Shown here: piece by piece, positions 26,014 through 35,082 of the stretch | Layout: the number at the start of each line of letters is the position of its first letter | Position numbering within the stretch: the stretch's first letter is position 1 | Assembly (NCBI GenBank): GCA_041611735.1 | Contig: JBFIML010000003.1 | Location: 64,001 to 128,000 of the forward strand | Direction: 5' to 3' | DNA: 64,000 bases | Source: Myxococcota bacterium | Lineage (GTDB): Bacteria; Myxococcota_A; UBA9160; PR03 | Position numbers and translations under genes: made by a program | The notes under the pieces: model-generated | Databases searched by the model: none | The model's input: only the letters and a program-made list of their open reading frames with translations | Told to the model about the DNA's origin: nothing

Positions 26014-26862
26014 ATGGGCAGGGCAGCGCGCCGTGGGGCCGGGGCCCAACCCCGGGGCCCGTATCTCGCCGGCGCCTTGCGCGCCGAGTTCGACGCCTGG
26101 CTCGCCGCGACCGTGGCGCGCTTCGTGCCGCCCCTCGTTTTCCGGGAGGTGCGCAAGGGGGTCCAGGCCCTCTCGTCCCTGTACGTGGAGCGGCGCGGCG
26201 AGGGGGAGCTGGCAGCCCGGGCCCGGTCGGGGAGTGGAAAGCGGGCGGCGCTGGCCACCTACTACGCGCCGCTCCACTTTCTGGCCGTACACCACGCCCT
26301 GGCCCGCATCGGACCGGCGCGGCTCGGCGTCGTGGAGCGCCTGATCGACCTGGGCTGCGGCACGGGAGCGGCGGGGGCCGCCGTGGCCTGCGCTTTCGAG
26401 AAACGCCCCGAGACGCTGGCCGTGGACTGCTCCGGCTTCGCCCTGGCGGAGGCTCGACGCACCCACGCGGCCTTCCGCATCCCGGCCCGCACGCGCCGCG
26501 GTGCGCTTCCGGGCGCCGCATCCACGCCGCGCCCGGGCGAGCTGGTGTTCCTGGGCTGGACCGTGAACGAGCTCGACGACGCCGAACGCCGGGAGCTCCT
26601 GACGACGCTGGCGGCGGGCCTCGCGGCGGGAGCTCGGCTGCTGGTGGTGGAGCCCCTGGCGGGACGCGTCGCTCCCTGGTGGCCGGCCTGGCGGGAGCAC
26701 CTGGCCCCGCTCCGGGTCCAGGAGCATCGGATCAAGCTGCGGCTGGTGCTTCCGGAGTGGATCGCGCGGCTCGACCGGGCGGCAGGCCTCGACCACGGGG
26801 AGCTCGGGGCGCGGTTGCTGGCCGGACCGCTCCGGCCCGACGCGTCCGGGTCGCCGTCCTGA
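26014..26862 (+). CDS. Class I SAM-dependent methyltransferase (Rsm22-like)
   Basis: ALATYYAPLH, LIDLGCGTGA, WTVNEL, LLVVEP; start uncertain (26008 or 26014). Confidence 0.75.
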   Translation: MGRAARRGAGAQPRGPYLAGALRAEFDAWLAATVARFVPPLVFREVRKGVQALSSLYVERRGEGELAARARSGSGKRAALATYYAPLHFLAVHHALARIGPARLGVVERLIDLGCGTGAAGAAVACAFEKRPETLAVDCSGFALAEARRTHAAFRIPARTRRGALPGAASTPRPGELVFLGWTVNELDDAERRELLTTLAAGLAAGARLLVVEPLAGRVAPWWPAWREHLAPLRVQEHRIKLRLVLPEWIARLDRAAGLDHGELGARLLAGPLRPDASGSPS

Positions 26863-27869
26863 GCCCGGCGCCGTTCGTCTCCGTGCTGCTCCCGGCCCGC
26901 GACGCCGCCGCAACGCTCCCGGCCTGCCTCGCCAGCGTGCGGCGCCAGAGCGAGACCCGCTTCGAGTGCGTGGTGGTGGACGACGGCTCGCGCGACGCCA
27001 CCCGGGCCCGCGCCCGGGCGGTGGCGGCGTGCGACCCGCGCTTCCGGGTGATCGCCCAGCCGGCCCGCGGCCTGGTCCCGGCGCTCCAGGCCGGCCTGGC
27101 CCGCTGCCGGGGCCGCTACGTGGCGCGCATGGACGCCGACGACGTCATGCACCGACGCCGCCTGGAGCTCCAGGCGGCCGCCCTCGAGGCGGCCCCCCGG
27201 CTGGCCGGCGTCGGCTGCCACGTGCGGGTCTTTCCGCGCCGCGAGCTGCGCGACGGCCTGCGCGACTACGAGCGCTGGCTGCGCGGCATCGACTCCCCGC
27301 GCCGCGTGCGGGAGGAGGCCTTCGTCGAGTGTCCCCTGCCGCACCCCACCTGGATGCTGCGCCGCGACGTCCTCGCCACGGTGGGCTACCGGGATGCGGG
27401 CTGGCCCGAGGACTACGACCTCCTGCTGCGGCTCCTGCAACGCGGCGGAGAGCTGGGCGTGGTGCCTCGCCGCCTGCTGGCCTGGCGCGACCGGCCCGAG
27501 CGCCTGTGGCGAACGAGCGGCGCCTACTCCCCGCTGCGCTTCCTGGCCTGCAAGGCCGCCTTCCTGGCCCAGGGGTTGTTGGCACGCGACGAGCGCTACG
27601 TCCTGTGGGGCTACGGCGAGACGGGCAAGGCGCTGCGCCGGGCGCTGCTCGCTCACGGCAAGCGCCCGGCCTGGATCGTGGAGCTCCATCCCGGGCGCCT
27701 GGGCGAGCACATCCACGGGGCTCCGGTGGTGCGCCCCGAGCGCCTGCCGGGCCTGCCCCGCCATCCGATCGTGGCGGCGGTCGCGGGGAGCTTCGCGCGC
27801 GGCGAGATCCGCGGGATGCTCGCCCGCCTCGGCTTCCGGGAGCTGGTGGACTTCGTGTGCGCCGCCTGA
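26859..27869 (+). CDS. Glycosyltransferase family 2 with C-terminal Rossmann-like domain (B3GNTL1/QTGAL-like)
   Basis: VSVLLPARD, VVDDGSRD, ARMDADDVM, PHPTW, WPEDYDL, LWGYGETGK; start uncertain (CTG overlapping the upstream TGA). Confidence 0.85.
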   Translation: MSPAPFVSVLLPARDAAATLPACLASVRRQSETRFECVVVDDGSRDATRARARAVAACDPRFRVIAQPARGLVPALQAGLARCRGRYVARMDADDVMHRRRLELQAAALEAAPRLAGVGCHVRVFPRRELRDGLRDYERWLRGIDSPRRVREEAFVECPLPHPTWMLRRDVLATVGYRDAGWPEDYDLLLRLLQRGGELGVVPRRLLAWRDRPERLWRTSGAYSPLRFLACKAAFLAQGLLARDERYVLWGYGETGKALRRALLAHGKRPAWIVELHPGRLGEHIHGAPVVRPERLPGLPRHPIVAAVAGSFARGEIRGMLARLGFRELVDFVCAA

Positions 27870-27878
27870 CGCGGCGGC

Positions 27879-28559
27879 TCACGGCGCTCCGGTCTGCGGC
27901 GCCTGCTCCAGGCGCAGCGTGCGCAGGTCCCGCAGCAGGAGATCCTCCGAGAGGAAGCCCGCACTGTAGATGTTGCGCACCTGGCCCCGCGCATCCACCA
28001 GGAAGACCTTGAGCACGTGACGCAGCAGACCCGTGGCGTGGCCCCGGGCATCCACCAGGGCGAGCACGTCCTGGCCGTAGTCTTCCAGGACGGGCTCCAG
28101 CTCGGCGCCGCTGCGGGCGGTGAGGAAGCGCCAGTCGGCCTGGGGTGCGAGGGCCCGGCGCAGGACGCCCATGCGCTCCGGCGTATCGTGGGCCGGGTCG
28201 AAGCTCACGGTCACCAGCCGCACGTGCGGGGCGAGCTGCGGGTCGGCGGCCAGGCGACGGTCCACGGCCTGGAGGACGGCCAGGGCGCTCGGGCAGACGT
28301 CGGGGCAGTGGGTATACACGAAGGACACCAGGGCCAGCGCGCCGGGGTCGCGGGCGAGGAGCGCTGCGGGGTGGCCGTCGGGATCCAGCAGCCGATGCTC
28401 CGTCACCGTCCCGATGGGCGGGAGCTCGTAGCTCCCGGGCTCGGGGAGCGAGACGGGCGCCGAGGCCGGCCGCGGCGCGGGCGGCGCCGCCGGCCCGTGG
28501 GCGGATGCCGCCGCCGCGAGGGCGAGCCCCGCCACGAGTGCCACCGCGGCGCGTCTCAC
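27879..28559 (-). CDS. SCO1/SenC copper chaperone
   Basis: Signal peptide, YTHCPDVCP (CxxxC), VSFDPAHDTP, conserved His in RHVLKVFLVD; GTG overlaps upstream stop. Confidence 0.92.
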   Translation of the reverse strand: MRRAAVALVAGLALAAAASAHGPAAPPAPRPASAPVSLPEPGSYELPPIGTVTEHRLLDPDGHPAALLARDPGALALVSFVYTHCPDVCPSALAVLQAVDRRLAADPQLAPHVRLVTVSFDPAHDTPERMGVLRRALAPQADWRFLTARSGAELEPVLEDYGQDVLALVDARGHATGLLRHVLKVFLVDARGQVRNIYSAGFLSEDLLLRDLRTLRLEQAPQTGAP

Positions 28560-29869
28560 CGGCCGCCCCCCAGCCCCGGGACCCCCTGGCTCGCCACCCG
28601 CCCGCGATAGAAGCCCTCGGCGCCGAAGCGCATGATGTGCGGGCGCCCGAGCTCCGCGGCCCGGAAGTCCACGGCGAAGCTGGGCTCCAGGCGCTGCCCG
28701 TCCCAGCGGAACGCCTTCAGGAACTGCTCGTCGTCCTCGCCCGGCTTGTCCCAGCTGGCCAGCAGGGAGGAGGTGAAGTAGACCCGCTTGCCATCCCAGG
28801 ACTGGGAGACCATGTTCACCTGCTTGCCGATCTTGCGCTCGTGGACCTGCTTCGGCTGACGCGGGTTCGAGACGTCGAAGACGCGCACCATCCCGTCCAT
28901 GAAGCTGTCCACGAACAGGAAGCGATCGTCGGCGGAGAGGCTGATGTCCACCGGGAGCGGCGTCTTGGCCGGGTCTCCCACGTCGGCCACCGCCACGGCC
29001 TCGAAGGTCCCGTCCGGCTTCAGGAAGACGCCCCAGATCTTGGAGGTGAGGGCCGTCGAGGTGAAGGCGTAGTCGTGACGCGGCTGGAGCGCCCAGCGGA
29101 TCTCGAGGGGCGCACCCGGCACCTCCAGCACCTGGAGCGGCTTCCGCGCATGGTAGTCCCACACCACCATGGTGTTGCCGAACTCCTTCATGGCCTCCGG
29201 ATCCTGGATCAGCTGGCGCAGGTCCCGCATGTAGTTCTTCTTGCCGGTGAAGGAGGAGGTGAGCATGCGGTTCAGGTTCGCGTTCACCCGCACGTCGTAG
29301 CCGTACTCGGCGCCCTCGGGCATCCAGATGGTGCGCACCGGCTCGCCGGCATTGCTGTACTCGACGAGGGCGGTGCGCCCGCCGAGGTCGCGGTCGTTGG
29401 AAAGGCCGCTGATCAGCATGCGGCCCGGCAGGGCGTAGAAGGTGTGGGGCCCCACGACACCACCGGAGCGCTCGACGAAGTCCTCGATGCGTCTGGCCAG
29501 GCGCGGGCGGGCGGGGTCCGAGGCCACGTCGAAGACGAAGATCGCGCTGGTGTCGAGGCCGCCCATCCAGAGGTGGCGCCGGTCGTCGCTGAAGCCGCCG
29601 TGGTGGGCCTCGTGGCGGCCTCCCACGGAGACCGAGGACACCACCTGGCCGTAGTCCGGGCGCGCCGGATTCGCACCCACCGTCACCAGCTTGTCGGAGC
29701 CGTCGCCGAGCCCCGGCACGCCGAGGGTCCAGACGTAGACGTAGTCCTCCTGGCCCACGAGCTTGGGCAGGTAGGGGGACTGGCAGGTTTCGTCGGCCAG
29801 GGACGCGCCGGGCAGCGTCCATGCGACCACGAAACCCAGGGCAGGCAGCAGGGCTCGCAGGCCTCGCAT
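28556..29869 (-). CDS. mtoX: SBP56-family protein, methanethiol oxidase-like, periplasmic
   Basis: Signal peptide, then DETCQSPY...GQEDYVYVWTLG, HEAHH, GPHT, SSLLASWDK, GRPHIM; coupled to SCO gene. Confidence 0.8.
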   Translation of the reverse strand: MRGLRALLPALGFVVAWTLPGASLADETCQSPYLPKLVGQEDYVYVWTLGVPGLGDGSDKLVTVGANPARPDYGQVVSSVSVGGRHEAHHGGFSDDRRHLWMGGLDTSAIFVFDVASDPARPRLARRIEDFVERSGGVVGPHTFYALPGRMLISGLSNDRDLGGRTALVEYSNAGEPVRTIWMPEGAEYGYDVRVNANLNRMLTSSFTGKKNYMRDLRQLIQDPEAMKEFGNTMVVWDYHARKPLQVLEVPGAPLEIRWALQPRHDYAFTSTALTSKIWGVFLKPDGTFEAVAVADVGDPAKTPLPVDISLSADDRFLFVDSFMDGMVRVFDVSNPRQPKQVHERKIGKQVNMVSQSWDGKRVYFTSSLLASWDKPGEDDEQFLKAFRWDGQRLEPSFAVDFRAAELGRPHIMRFGAEGFYRGRVASQGVPGLGGGR

Positions 29870-30017
29870 GGGGGGATCCTCCGTGCGCCGATCCTATCAC
29901 CGTTGCGCCGCCCTCAGGCCACGAGATCCGCGACCCGGCTTGGACGGGGCCCGCCCACCACCTCGTCCGGATCGGCGGGGGTGGGCACCGCCCGGATCGG
30001 GGGATCGAGCCCGCGCT

Positions 30018-30536
30018 TCATAACTTCGAGCCCAGGCTCCAGCCGCTCGCGTGGGGCGCCAGGAAGATCACGCGAAGCGTCAGACGGCTGTGAAGCCAGC
30101 GGCCCTCCACGCGTCGATACTCGTCCTCCTCCACGCCCGCCAGCCAGTGGGGGACGCCGTCGCGGGTGGTGCAGGGGGCCAGCACGTCCCAGCGGGCGCG
30201 CGCCCGGTCGTCCTCCACCTCGATGCGGGGCTTCACGAAGTAGTGCCACGAGAAGCGCAGCGTGGGCCGGGCGAAGCGGGCCTCGATGGCCGCCCGACCG
30301 CGGCAGCTGCCCAGGGCCGGGCCTCCGTCCCAGACCGCGTCCACGGTGAAGAGCGCTGCGATCTCCCGCGCGATGTGCGCCAGCTCGTCGTCGGCGCGCG
30401 GAGCGCCGTCGGCGTAGCGGCTGTCGGCCAGCTCGCCATAGCGGGCCTTGAGCCGTTCGATGGACTGGACGTCCTCCGCGCGTCGCAGGCGACGCTCCAG
30501 GGCGCGGACCGTTGCCTCGAGCTCCTGGATGTCCAT
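30018..30536 (-). CDS. NTF2/SnoaL-like protein (LinA/BaiE-like)
   Basis: EDVQSIERLKARY, LFTVDAVWD, WHYFVKPRIEV, EDEYRRVEGRW. Confidence 0.88.
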   Translation of the reverse strand: MDIQELEATVRALERRLRRAEDVQSIERLKARYGELADSRYADGAPRADDELAHIAREIAALFTVDAVWDGGPALGSCRGRAAIEARFARPTLRFSWHYFVKPRIEVEDDRARARWDVLAPCTTRDGVPHWLAGVEEDEYRRVEGRWLHSRLTLRVIFLAPHASGWSLGSKL

Positions 30537-30571
30537 GCGCGGCTCTCCCTGCCGGGGCGGTTTCGGGACCG

Positions 30572-30584
30572 TGGTACGATACCA
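30572..30584. promoter_or_regulatory. Symmetric overlapping extended -10 elements (candidate bidirectional promoter)
   Basis: TGGTA-CGA-TACCA palindrome reads TGG-TACGAT on + and TGG-TATCGT on - in a 51-bp divergent gap. Confidence 0.5.
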
Positions 30585-30587
30585 GCG

Positions 30588-31826
30588 ATGCGACGGCGCC
30601 TCCCCGTGCGGCTCTACAACCAGGTGCAGCGGGGAATCGCCCGTTTGGGCCGTCGGCCGCCCCCCCTGGCCGCCAGCGAGGAGCGGCTCCGGGAGAAGGC
30701 GCGTCGCGCCACCGGCTGCGACGACCCCGGCGACCCTCGCTTCCTGGACGGGCTGCGCGTGCTGCTCCACGCCTACGACGAGGAGGCGCGCCTCAACCCC
30801 TTCGGGCGCTTCATGGTGGAGCAGCAGCTGCTGGCCGTGCTGAAGAGCCATCTCGCGGTGCGGGGCCAGCTGGCCCGCGATCCCTCGTTGCGTTCCGCCG
30901 CGGTGCGGCGCCCGCTCTTCGTGCTCGGCCTGCCGCGCACCGGCACCACGGCCCTCCACCACCTGCTCGCCCAGGATCCGGCCCAGCAGGTGCTCGAGTA
31001 CTGGCTGGCGGCGGCGCCGGGGCCCCGGCCGGCCCGGGACCGCTGGGCCCGCGACCCGCGCTTCCGGGAGGCCCAGCGGGGGCTGCGCTTCACCTACTGG
31101 CTGGACCCGGACCTGAAGGCGATGCACTGGATGACCGCCGACGGCCCCGAGGAGTGCCGCCAGCTCTTCATGCAGTGCTTCACCGACGACACCTTCGACT
31201 CGAACGCCACCATCCCGAGCTACACCAAGTGGTACGCCCAGCAGGACATGCGCCCGACCTATGCCTGGCACCGCGACGTGCTGGCGCTCGTGCAGTCCAG
31301 CGCACCGGAGCGGCGCTGGGTGCTCAAGTATCCGGCCCATCTGGCCCACCTGCAGGTACTGCTGGAGACCTACCCGGACGCCTGCATCCTCCAGACCCAT
31401 CGGGATCCGGCCCGCGTGCTGCCCTCCCTCTGCAGCCTGGTCAGCGGCTGGCGCAGCCTCTACGAGGACGGCGTGGAGGAGCGCGCGGTGGCGCGCTGGC
31501 AGGTGGATCTGTGGGCGGAACGCATGCAGCACGCCCTGCGCGTGCGGGAGGGGGCGGATCCCCGCCGCTTCTTCGATCTTCACTTCGGCGAGCTGGTGGC
31601 GGACCCGGTGGACGCGGTGCGGCGCGCCTACGCACACTTTGGCTTCCCTTGGAGCGACGAGGTCGAGCGGCGCATGGGCGCCTGGCAGGCCGCAAACCCC
31701 CAGGGCCGTCACGGGGAGCACCGCTACTCGGCGGCACGCTTCGGCCTCTCCGAGGAAGAGATCGCCGAGCGCTTCGCACCCTACCTGCAGCGCTTCGGGG
31801 TGACCCGGGAGGCCGCGGCAGCCTAA
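30588..31826 (+). CDS. Sulfotransferase (mycobacterial Stf-like / Sulfotransfer_3)
   Basis: 5'-PSB PLFVLGLPRTGTT, WVLKYPAHL, 3'-PB THRDPARVLPS. Confidence 0.92.
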   Translation: MRRRLPVRLYNQVQRGIARLGRRPPPLAASEERLREKARRATGCDDPGDPRFLDGLRVLLHAYDEEARLNPFGRFMVEQQLLAVLKSHLAVRGQLARDPSLRSAAVRRPLFVLGLPRTGTTALHHLLAQDPAQQVLEYWLAAAPGPRPARDRWARDPRFREAQRGLRFTYWLDPDLKAMHWMTADGPEECRQLFMQCFTDDTFDSNATIPSYTKWYAQQDMRPTYAWHRDVLALVQSSAPERRWVLKYPAHLAHLQVLLETYPDACILQTHRDPARVLPSLCSLVSGWRSLYEDGVEERAVARWQVDLWAERMQHALRVREGADPRRFFDLHFGELVADPVDAVRRAYAHFGFPWSDEVERRMGAWQAANPQGRHGEHRYSAARFGLSEEEIAERFAPYLQRFGVTREAAAA

Positions 31827-32938
31827 CCCGGCTCGAGACCGGCGCGCAGCCCCGCGAGCTTCACCACCCGGGTGCGGGGCTCCGGATGCTCCCGCGCTCC
31901 CACCCAGCGCAGGCACATGGTGCCGCGGCGGTGGCCCGCGGTCTCGAGCCAGTTCTCCACGCCGGGGTCCTCGTGAGCCACGACGATCCGCACCGAGCCG
32001 TCCGAACGCCGGCGGGCGGCGTGGTGATTCAGGGCGATGCGGTGGAAGCGGTAGTCCAGCGACTCCATCCAGTGGTTGTTGAGCTGGAAGTTCCAGTACT
32101 CACAAGCCGGCGGCGTCACCTCCACCAGCAAGGCCTCGTCCGGCTCGAGCTCCCAGTAGCCGTGGTAGTAGACGATGTTCGGATCGCCGTGGGCGGCCGC
32201 CGCCTGCTTCGGATCGAAGCGTGGCAGCTGGTTCTTGCGGCGGGCAAAGCCCTCGGCCCAGTCGGCGAAGAGCGCGGCGGTCCCCGCCACGTAGGAGGCC
32301 GCGGCGGCGAGCCCCTGATCCAGGAGCTCGGCCGTCCAGGGAGCCGGGGCGCCGCGCGCTCCGATGCGCTCGATGCGAAGCTCGGCGATGCGCTCGCGGC
32401 TGCGATCCTGGAAGGTCTGCCGTACGATCAGGGAGGACGTGTCGGGCGCCATGGGCAGCCAGTTGCCGGGGCGCTTCTCGCTGGAGAGCACCAGCTCGAG
32501 ACTGCCGTCCGCACCGATCTGCATCGAACCGGCGTCCAGGTAGCCGGTCTGCGCCATGCGCCCGCCGCCCCCGTAGCGGCCCGCATAGGTGCCGAAGCCC
32601 AGGTAGTGCACCGTGCCTCGCGTCCCCGACAGGCGATACGCGTGGGTGCCGCTCACCGCGGCGCTCTGGTAGTGGTTGTCCGGATTGTCGGCGCCGATCT
32701 TCACCGTCTCGTGGGCGGGCCGCCGCAGCACCGGGAACAGGGGGTCGGCGAACTCGAGGTACGACTCGAGCGCCACCCGGGTGAGCCGGCTCAGGTAGCG
32801 GAAGCCCTCGGCCCGGTCCAAGGGATCCCGGGGCGAGCCCTCGCGCAGGATCACGTCGCCCGCGCGCTCGAGGGCCCGGCAGAACTCCGACCAGCAGGTG
32901 CCGTCCAGGACGCGACGCCGCGCGCGCTCCGGGTCCAT
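31823..32938 (-). CDS. DUF1214-family protein
   Basis: DRAEGFRYLSRL, KIGADNPDNHY, IVRQTFQD, YWNFQLNNHWMESLDY, DPGVENWLETAGH. Confidence 0.82.
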   Translation of the reverse strand: MDPERARRRVLDGTCWSEFCRALERAGDVILREGSPRDPLDRAEGFRYLSRLTRVALESYLEFADPLFPVLRRPAHETVKIGADNPDNHYQSAAVSGTHAYRLSGTRGTVHYLGFGTYAGRYGGGGRMAQTGYLDAGSMQIGADGSLELVLSSEKRPGNWLPMAPDTSSLIVRQTFQDRSRERIAELRIERIGARGAPAPWTAELLDQGLAAAASYVAGTAALFADWAEGFARRKNQLPRFDPKQAAAAHGDPNIVYYHGYWELEPDEALLVEVTPPACEYWNFQLNNHWMESLDYRFHRIALNHHAARRRSDGSVRIVVAHEDPGVENWLETAGHRRGTMCLRWVGAREHPEPRTRVVKLAGLRAGLEPG

Positions 32939-32943
32939 CCGGC

Positions 32944-34080
32944 TCAGGCCGCCGGCGCGTCCAGCACCGCCCGGGCCACCTGCTCCTCCAGGTAGCGCGT
33001 GTCGCCCCAGGAGAGCTCGAGCTGCTTGGCGCGCCGGAAGTAGAGCTGGATGTCGTACTCGGTGGTGAAGCCTACGCCGCCCCAGACCTGCTGGGCCATG
33101 GCCGTGACGTCCCGGAAGGTGCGGCAGGCGAACAGCTTCGCCATGGGGGCCAGGCGCTCGATGGACCGGCCCGTGGCTCGCGCCGAGGCCGCCTGGTGGA
33201 CGAGGGTCGTGGCGCCGTCCACGGCGGTCTGGGCGTCGGCCAGGTAGTGGGAGATGGCCTGGAAGGCGCCGAGCGGCTTGCCGAACTGGTGGCGCTGCTT
33301 GGCGTACTCCACGGTGATCTCGAGGGAGCGCGCCGCGCCGCCCACGGCCTGGGCCGCCAGCAGCACGATGCCGTCCAGCCAGACCTGCCGCCAGGCGGCC
33401 CAGCCCGAGCGCTCGGGGCCGATGCGATCCGCGCCGGGCACCGGCACGTCCTCGAAGACGACTTCGTACTGGGCGTCGGCGGCCAGGCTCCGCTGCTGGG
33501 TGAGGGTGATGCCGGGCGAACTGGGATCCACCAGGAAGAGGTCCACGTCCTCGGGTCGCGGGCCGCTGCGGGCCAGCACCAGCAGGCGGCTGGCGGTGCT
33601 GGCGAAGGGCACGTGGCGCTTCTTGCCGCTGAGCCGCACCCCGTCATCCGCCGGGCGCGCCGCGAGCCGTACGCCGCGAGGCCCCGGGCTGCCCTTCGGC
33701 TCGAGCCAGGCGGGGGCGAGCCGGGCATCGCCCGCCGCGATCGGCGCGAGCCACCGGCGCTGCTGCTCGCCGGAGCCCGCTGCCAGCAGCACACCGGCCC
33801 CCATCACGGCGCTCCCGAAGTGCGGCGAGGGGGCCAGGGAGCGGCCGAACTCCTCGTAGAGGATCGCAGCCTCGAGCAGGGACTGTCCGGCGCCCCCCTG
33901 GTCTTCCGGGATCAGCACGCCGAGCAGCCCGAGCTGCGCCAGCTGCTTCCAGAACTCCGGAGCGTAGCCCGTCGGGTCGTCCTCCAGCGCCCGCACGCGT
34001 TGCAGCGGGCAGTGCTCCTCGCAGACCCGACGCACCATCTCGCGCAGCAGCTGTTGCTCTTCGCTGAACTCGAGATCCAT
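32944..34080 (-). CDS. Acyl-CoA dehydrogenase, short beta-type subunit of heteromeric ACAD
   Basis: YAKQRHQFGKPLGAFQAISH, QQVWGGVGFT, LYFRRAK; short C-terminus. Confidence 0.92.
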   Translation of the reverse strand: MDLEFSEEQQLLREMVRRVCEEHCPLQRVRALEDDPTGYAPEFWKQLAQLGLLGVLIPEDQGGAGQSLLEAAILYEEFGRSLAPSPHFGSAVMGAGVLLAAGSGEQQRRWLAPIAAGDARLAPAWLEPKGSPGPRGVRLAARPADDGVRLSGKKRHVPFASTASRLLVLARSGPRPEDVDLFLVDPSSPGITLTQQRSLAADAQYEVVFEDVPVPGADRIGPERSGWAAWRQVWLDGIVLLAAQAVGGAARSLEITVEYAKQRHQFGKPLGAFQAISHYLADAQTAVDGATTLVHQAASARATGRSIERLAPMAKLFACRTFRDVTAMAQQVWGGVGFTTEYDIQLYFRRAKQLELSWGDTRYLEEQVARAVLDAPAA

Positions 34081-34093
34081 GGGGAGCTCCTCT

Positions 34094-34576
34094 TCACGGC
34101 GTCCAGCCCTCGCCGCGGCGCTTCCAGGGATTGTCGCCCTGGCGGGTCGGGAGTGCGATGCGGGCCCGGCATTCGGTGGCCGTCTGGTCTCCCGCCGCCA
34201 GCGTCACCGCCACCTCCACCCAGCCGCACCCCGCGGCGTCCGTCTCCACCTGCTCCACCACGCCGCGCAGGCGCATGCGATCCCCCGGGAAGACGGAGGC
34301 CTTCATGCGGAACTTCATGCGCCCCACGCGGCCCGTGGGGCCACTCCAGTCGGTGAGGTAGCGCTCGAACCAGGCGGCCTGGTTCGGCGTGTTCATGAAC
34401 ACGTCGCGGACGCCGTTGCGCTGGATGGCGAAGTCCCGGTCGTGGTGCATGGGACGCCAGTCGCGGCTGGCCAGGGCGCCGAGGATCACGGTCGTAGCCG
34501 TCACTTCCACCACGAGCGGCGGGAGCTCGTCGCCGACCTTCACGCGGTCCAGGTGCAGGGACGGGAAGCCGCTCAC
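34094..34576 (-). CDS. MaoC-like (R)-enoyl-CoA hydratase, catalytic subunit (ChsH1-like)
   Basis: VGDELPPL, GALASRDWRPMHHD (Asp/His pair), DVFMNT, VFPGD. Confidence 0.88.
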   Translation of the reverse strand: MSGFPSLHLDRVKVGDELPPLVVEVTATTVILGALASRDWRPMHHDRDFAIQRNGVRDVFMNTPNQAAWFERYLTDWSGPTGRVGRMKFRMKASVFPGDRMRLRGVVEQVETDAAGCGWVEVAVTLAAGDQTATECRARIALPTRQGDNPWKRRGEGWTP

Positions 34577-35082
34577 GGGTCCCTCCGGTAGCCGAAGCCC
34601 GTGTAGCTCTCGCGGCCCACGAACTCGCCGTCCTGGTTCACGTACTCCACGTCGATCACCCAGAAGCGTCCGCTGCCGAGCCGCGTCCGCTTGGCGTCGC
34701 TCACGGAGCGCAGCACCTGCCAGGTGCGCAGGCGATCGCCGGGCCGCACGGGCTCGCCGAAGACCATCTCGTTGTCGGAGATCACCGCCTCGGGCAGCGC
34801 GAGCTTCTCCTTCAGGTCGAAGTGCACCTGGAGCGGCTGGCGCGGAGCCCGACGGCCGGGCGCCCAGTGGTGGGGCCGGAACCAGACCGAGAGCATGCTG
34901 GGCGGGGCGATCCAGCCGTCGGTGAGATCGCGCGCCACCTCCTCGTCCCAATAGAGCGGGTTGCCGTTCTCGACGGAGGCGCAGCTCGTGAGCACGTAGC
35001 CGCGCTCCACCTGGAACTCGCCCTCCTCCTCGTAGCGGCGCTGGCCGATCCAGCCCCGCACCACCGCGGGAAGCTCGCTCAC
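34573..35082 (-). CDS. MaoC-like hot-dog subunit (ChsH2 N-domain-like)
   Basis: ENGNPLYWDE, IAPPSMLSVW, PVRPGDRL, SVSDAKRTRLGSGRF, YVNQDGE. Confidence 0.85.
   Translation of the reverse strand: MSELPAVVRGWIGQRRYEEEGEFQVERGYVLTSCASVENGNPLYWDEEVARDLTDGWIAPPSMLSVWFRPHHWAPGRRAPRQPLQVHFDLKEKLALPEAVISDNEMVFGEPVRPGDRLRTWQVLRSVSDAKRTRLGSGRFWVIDVEYVNQDGEFVGRESYTGFGYRRDP

Noticed and set aside
29914-30249. 111-aa minus ORF and short hairpin upstream of the mtoX-like gene
   Set aside because: Mostly overlaps the NTF2-like gene in another frame; no motif support
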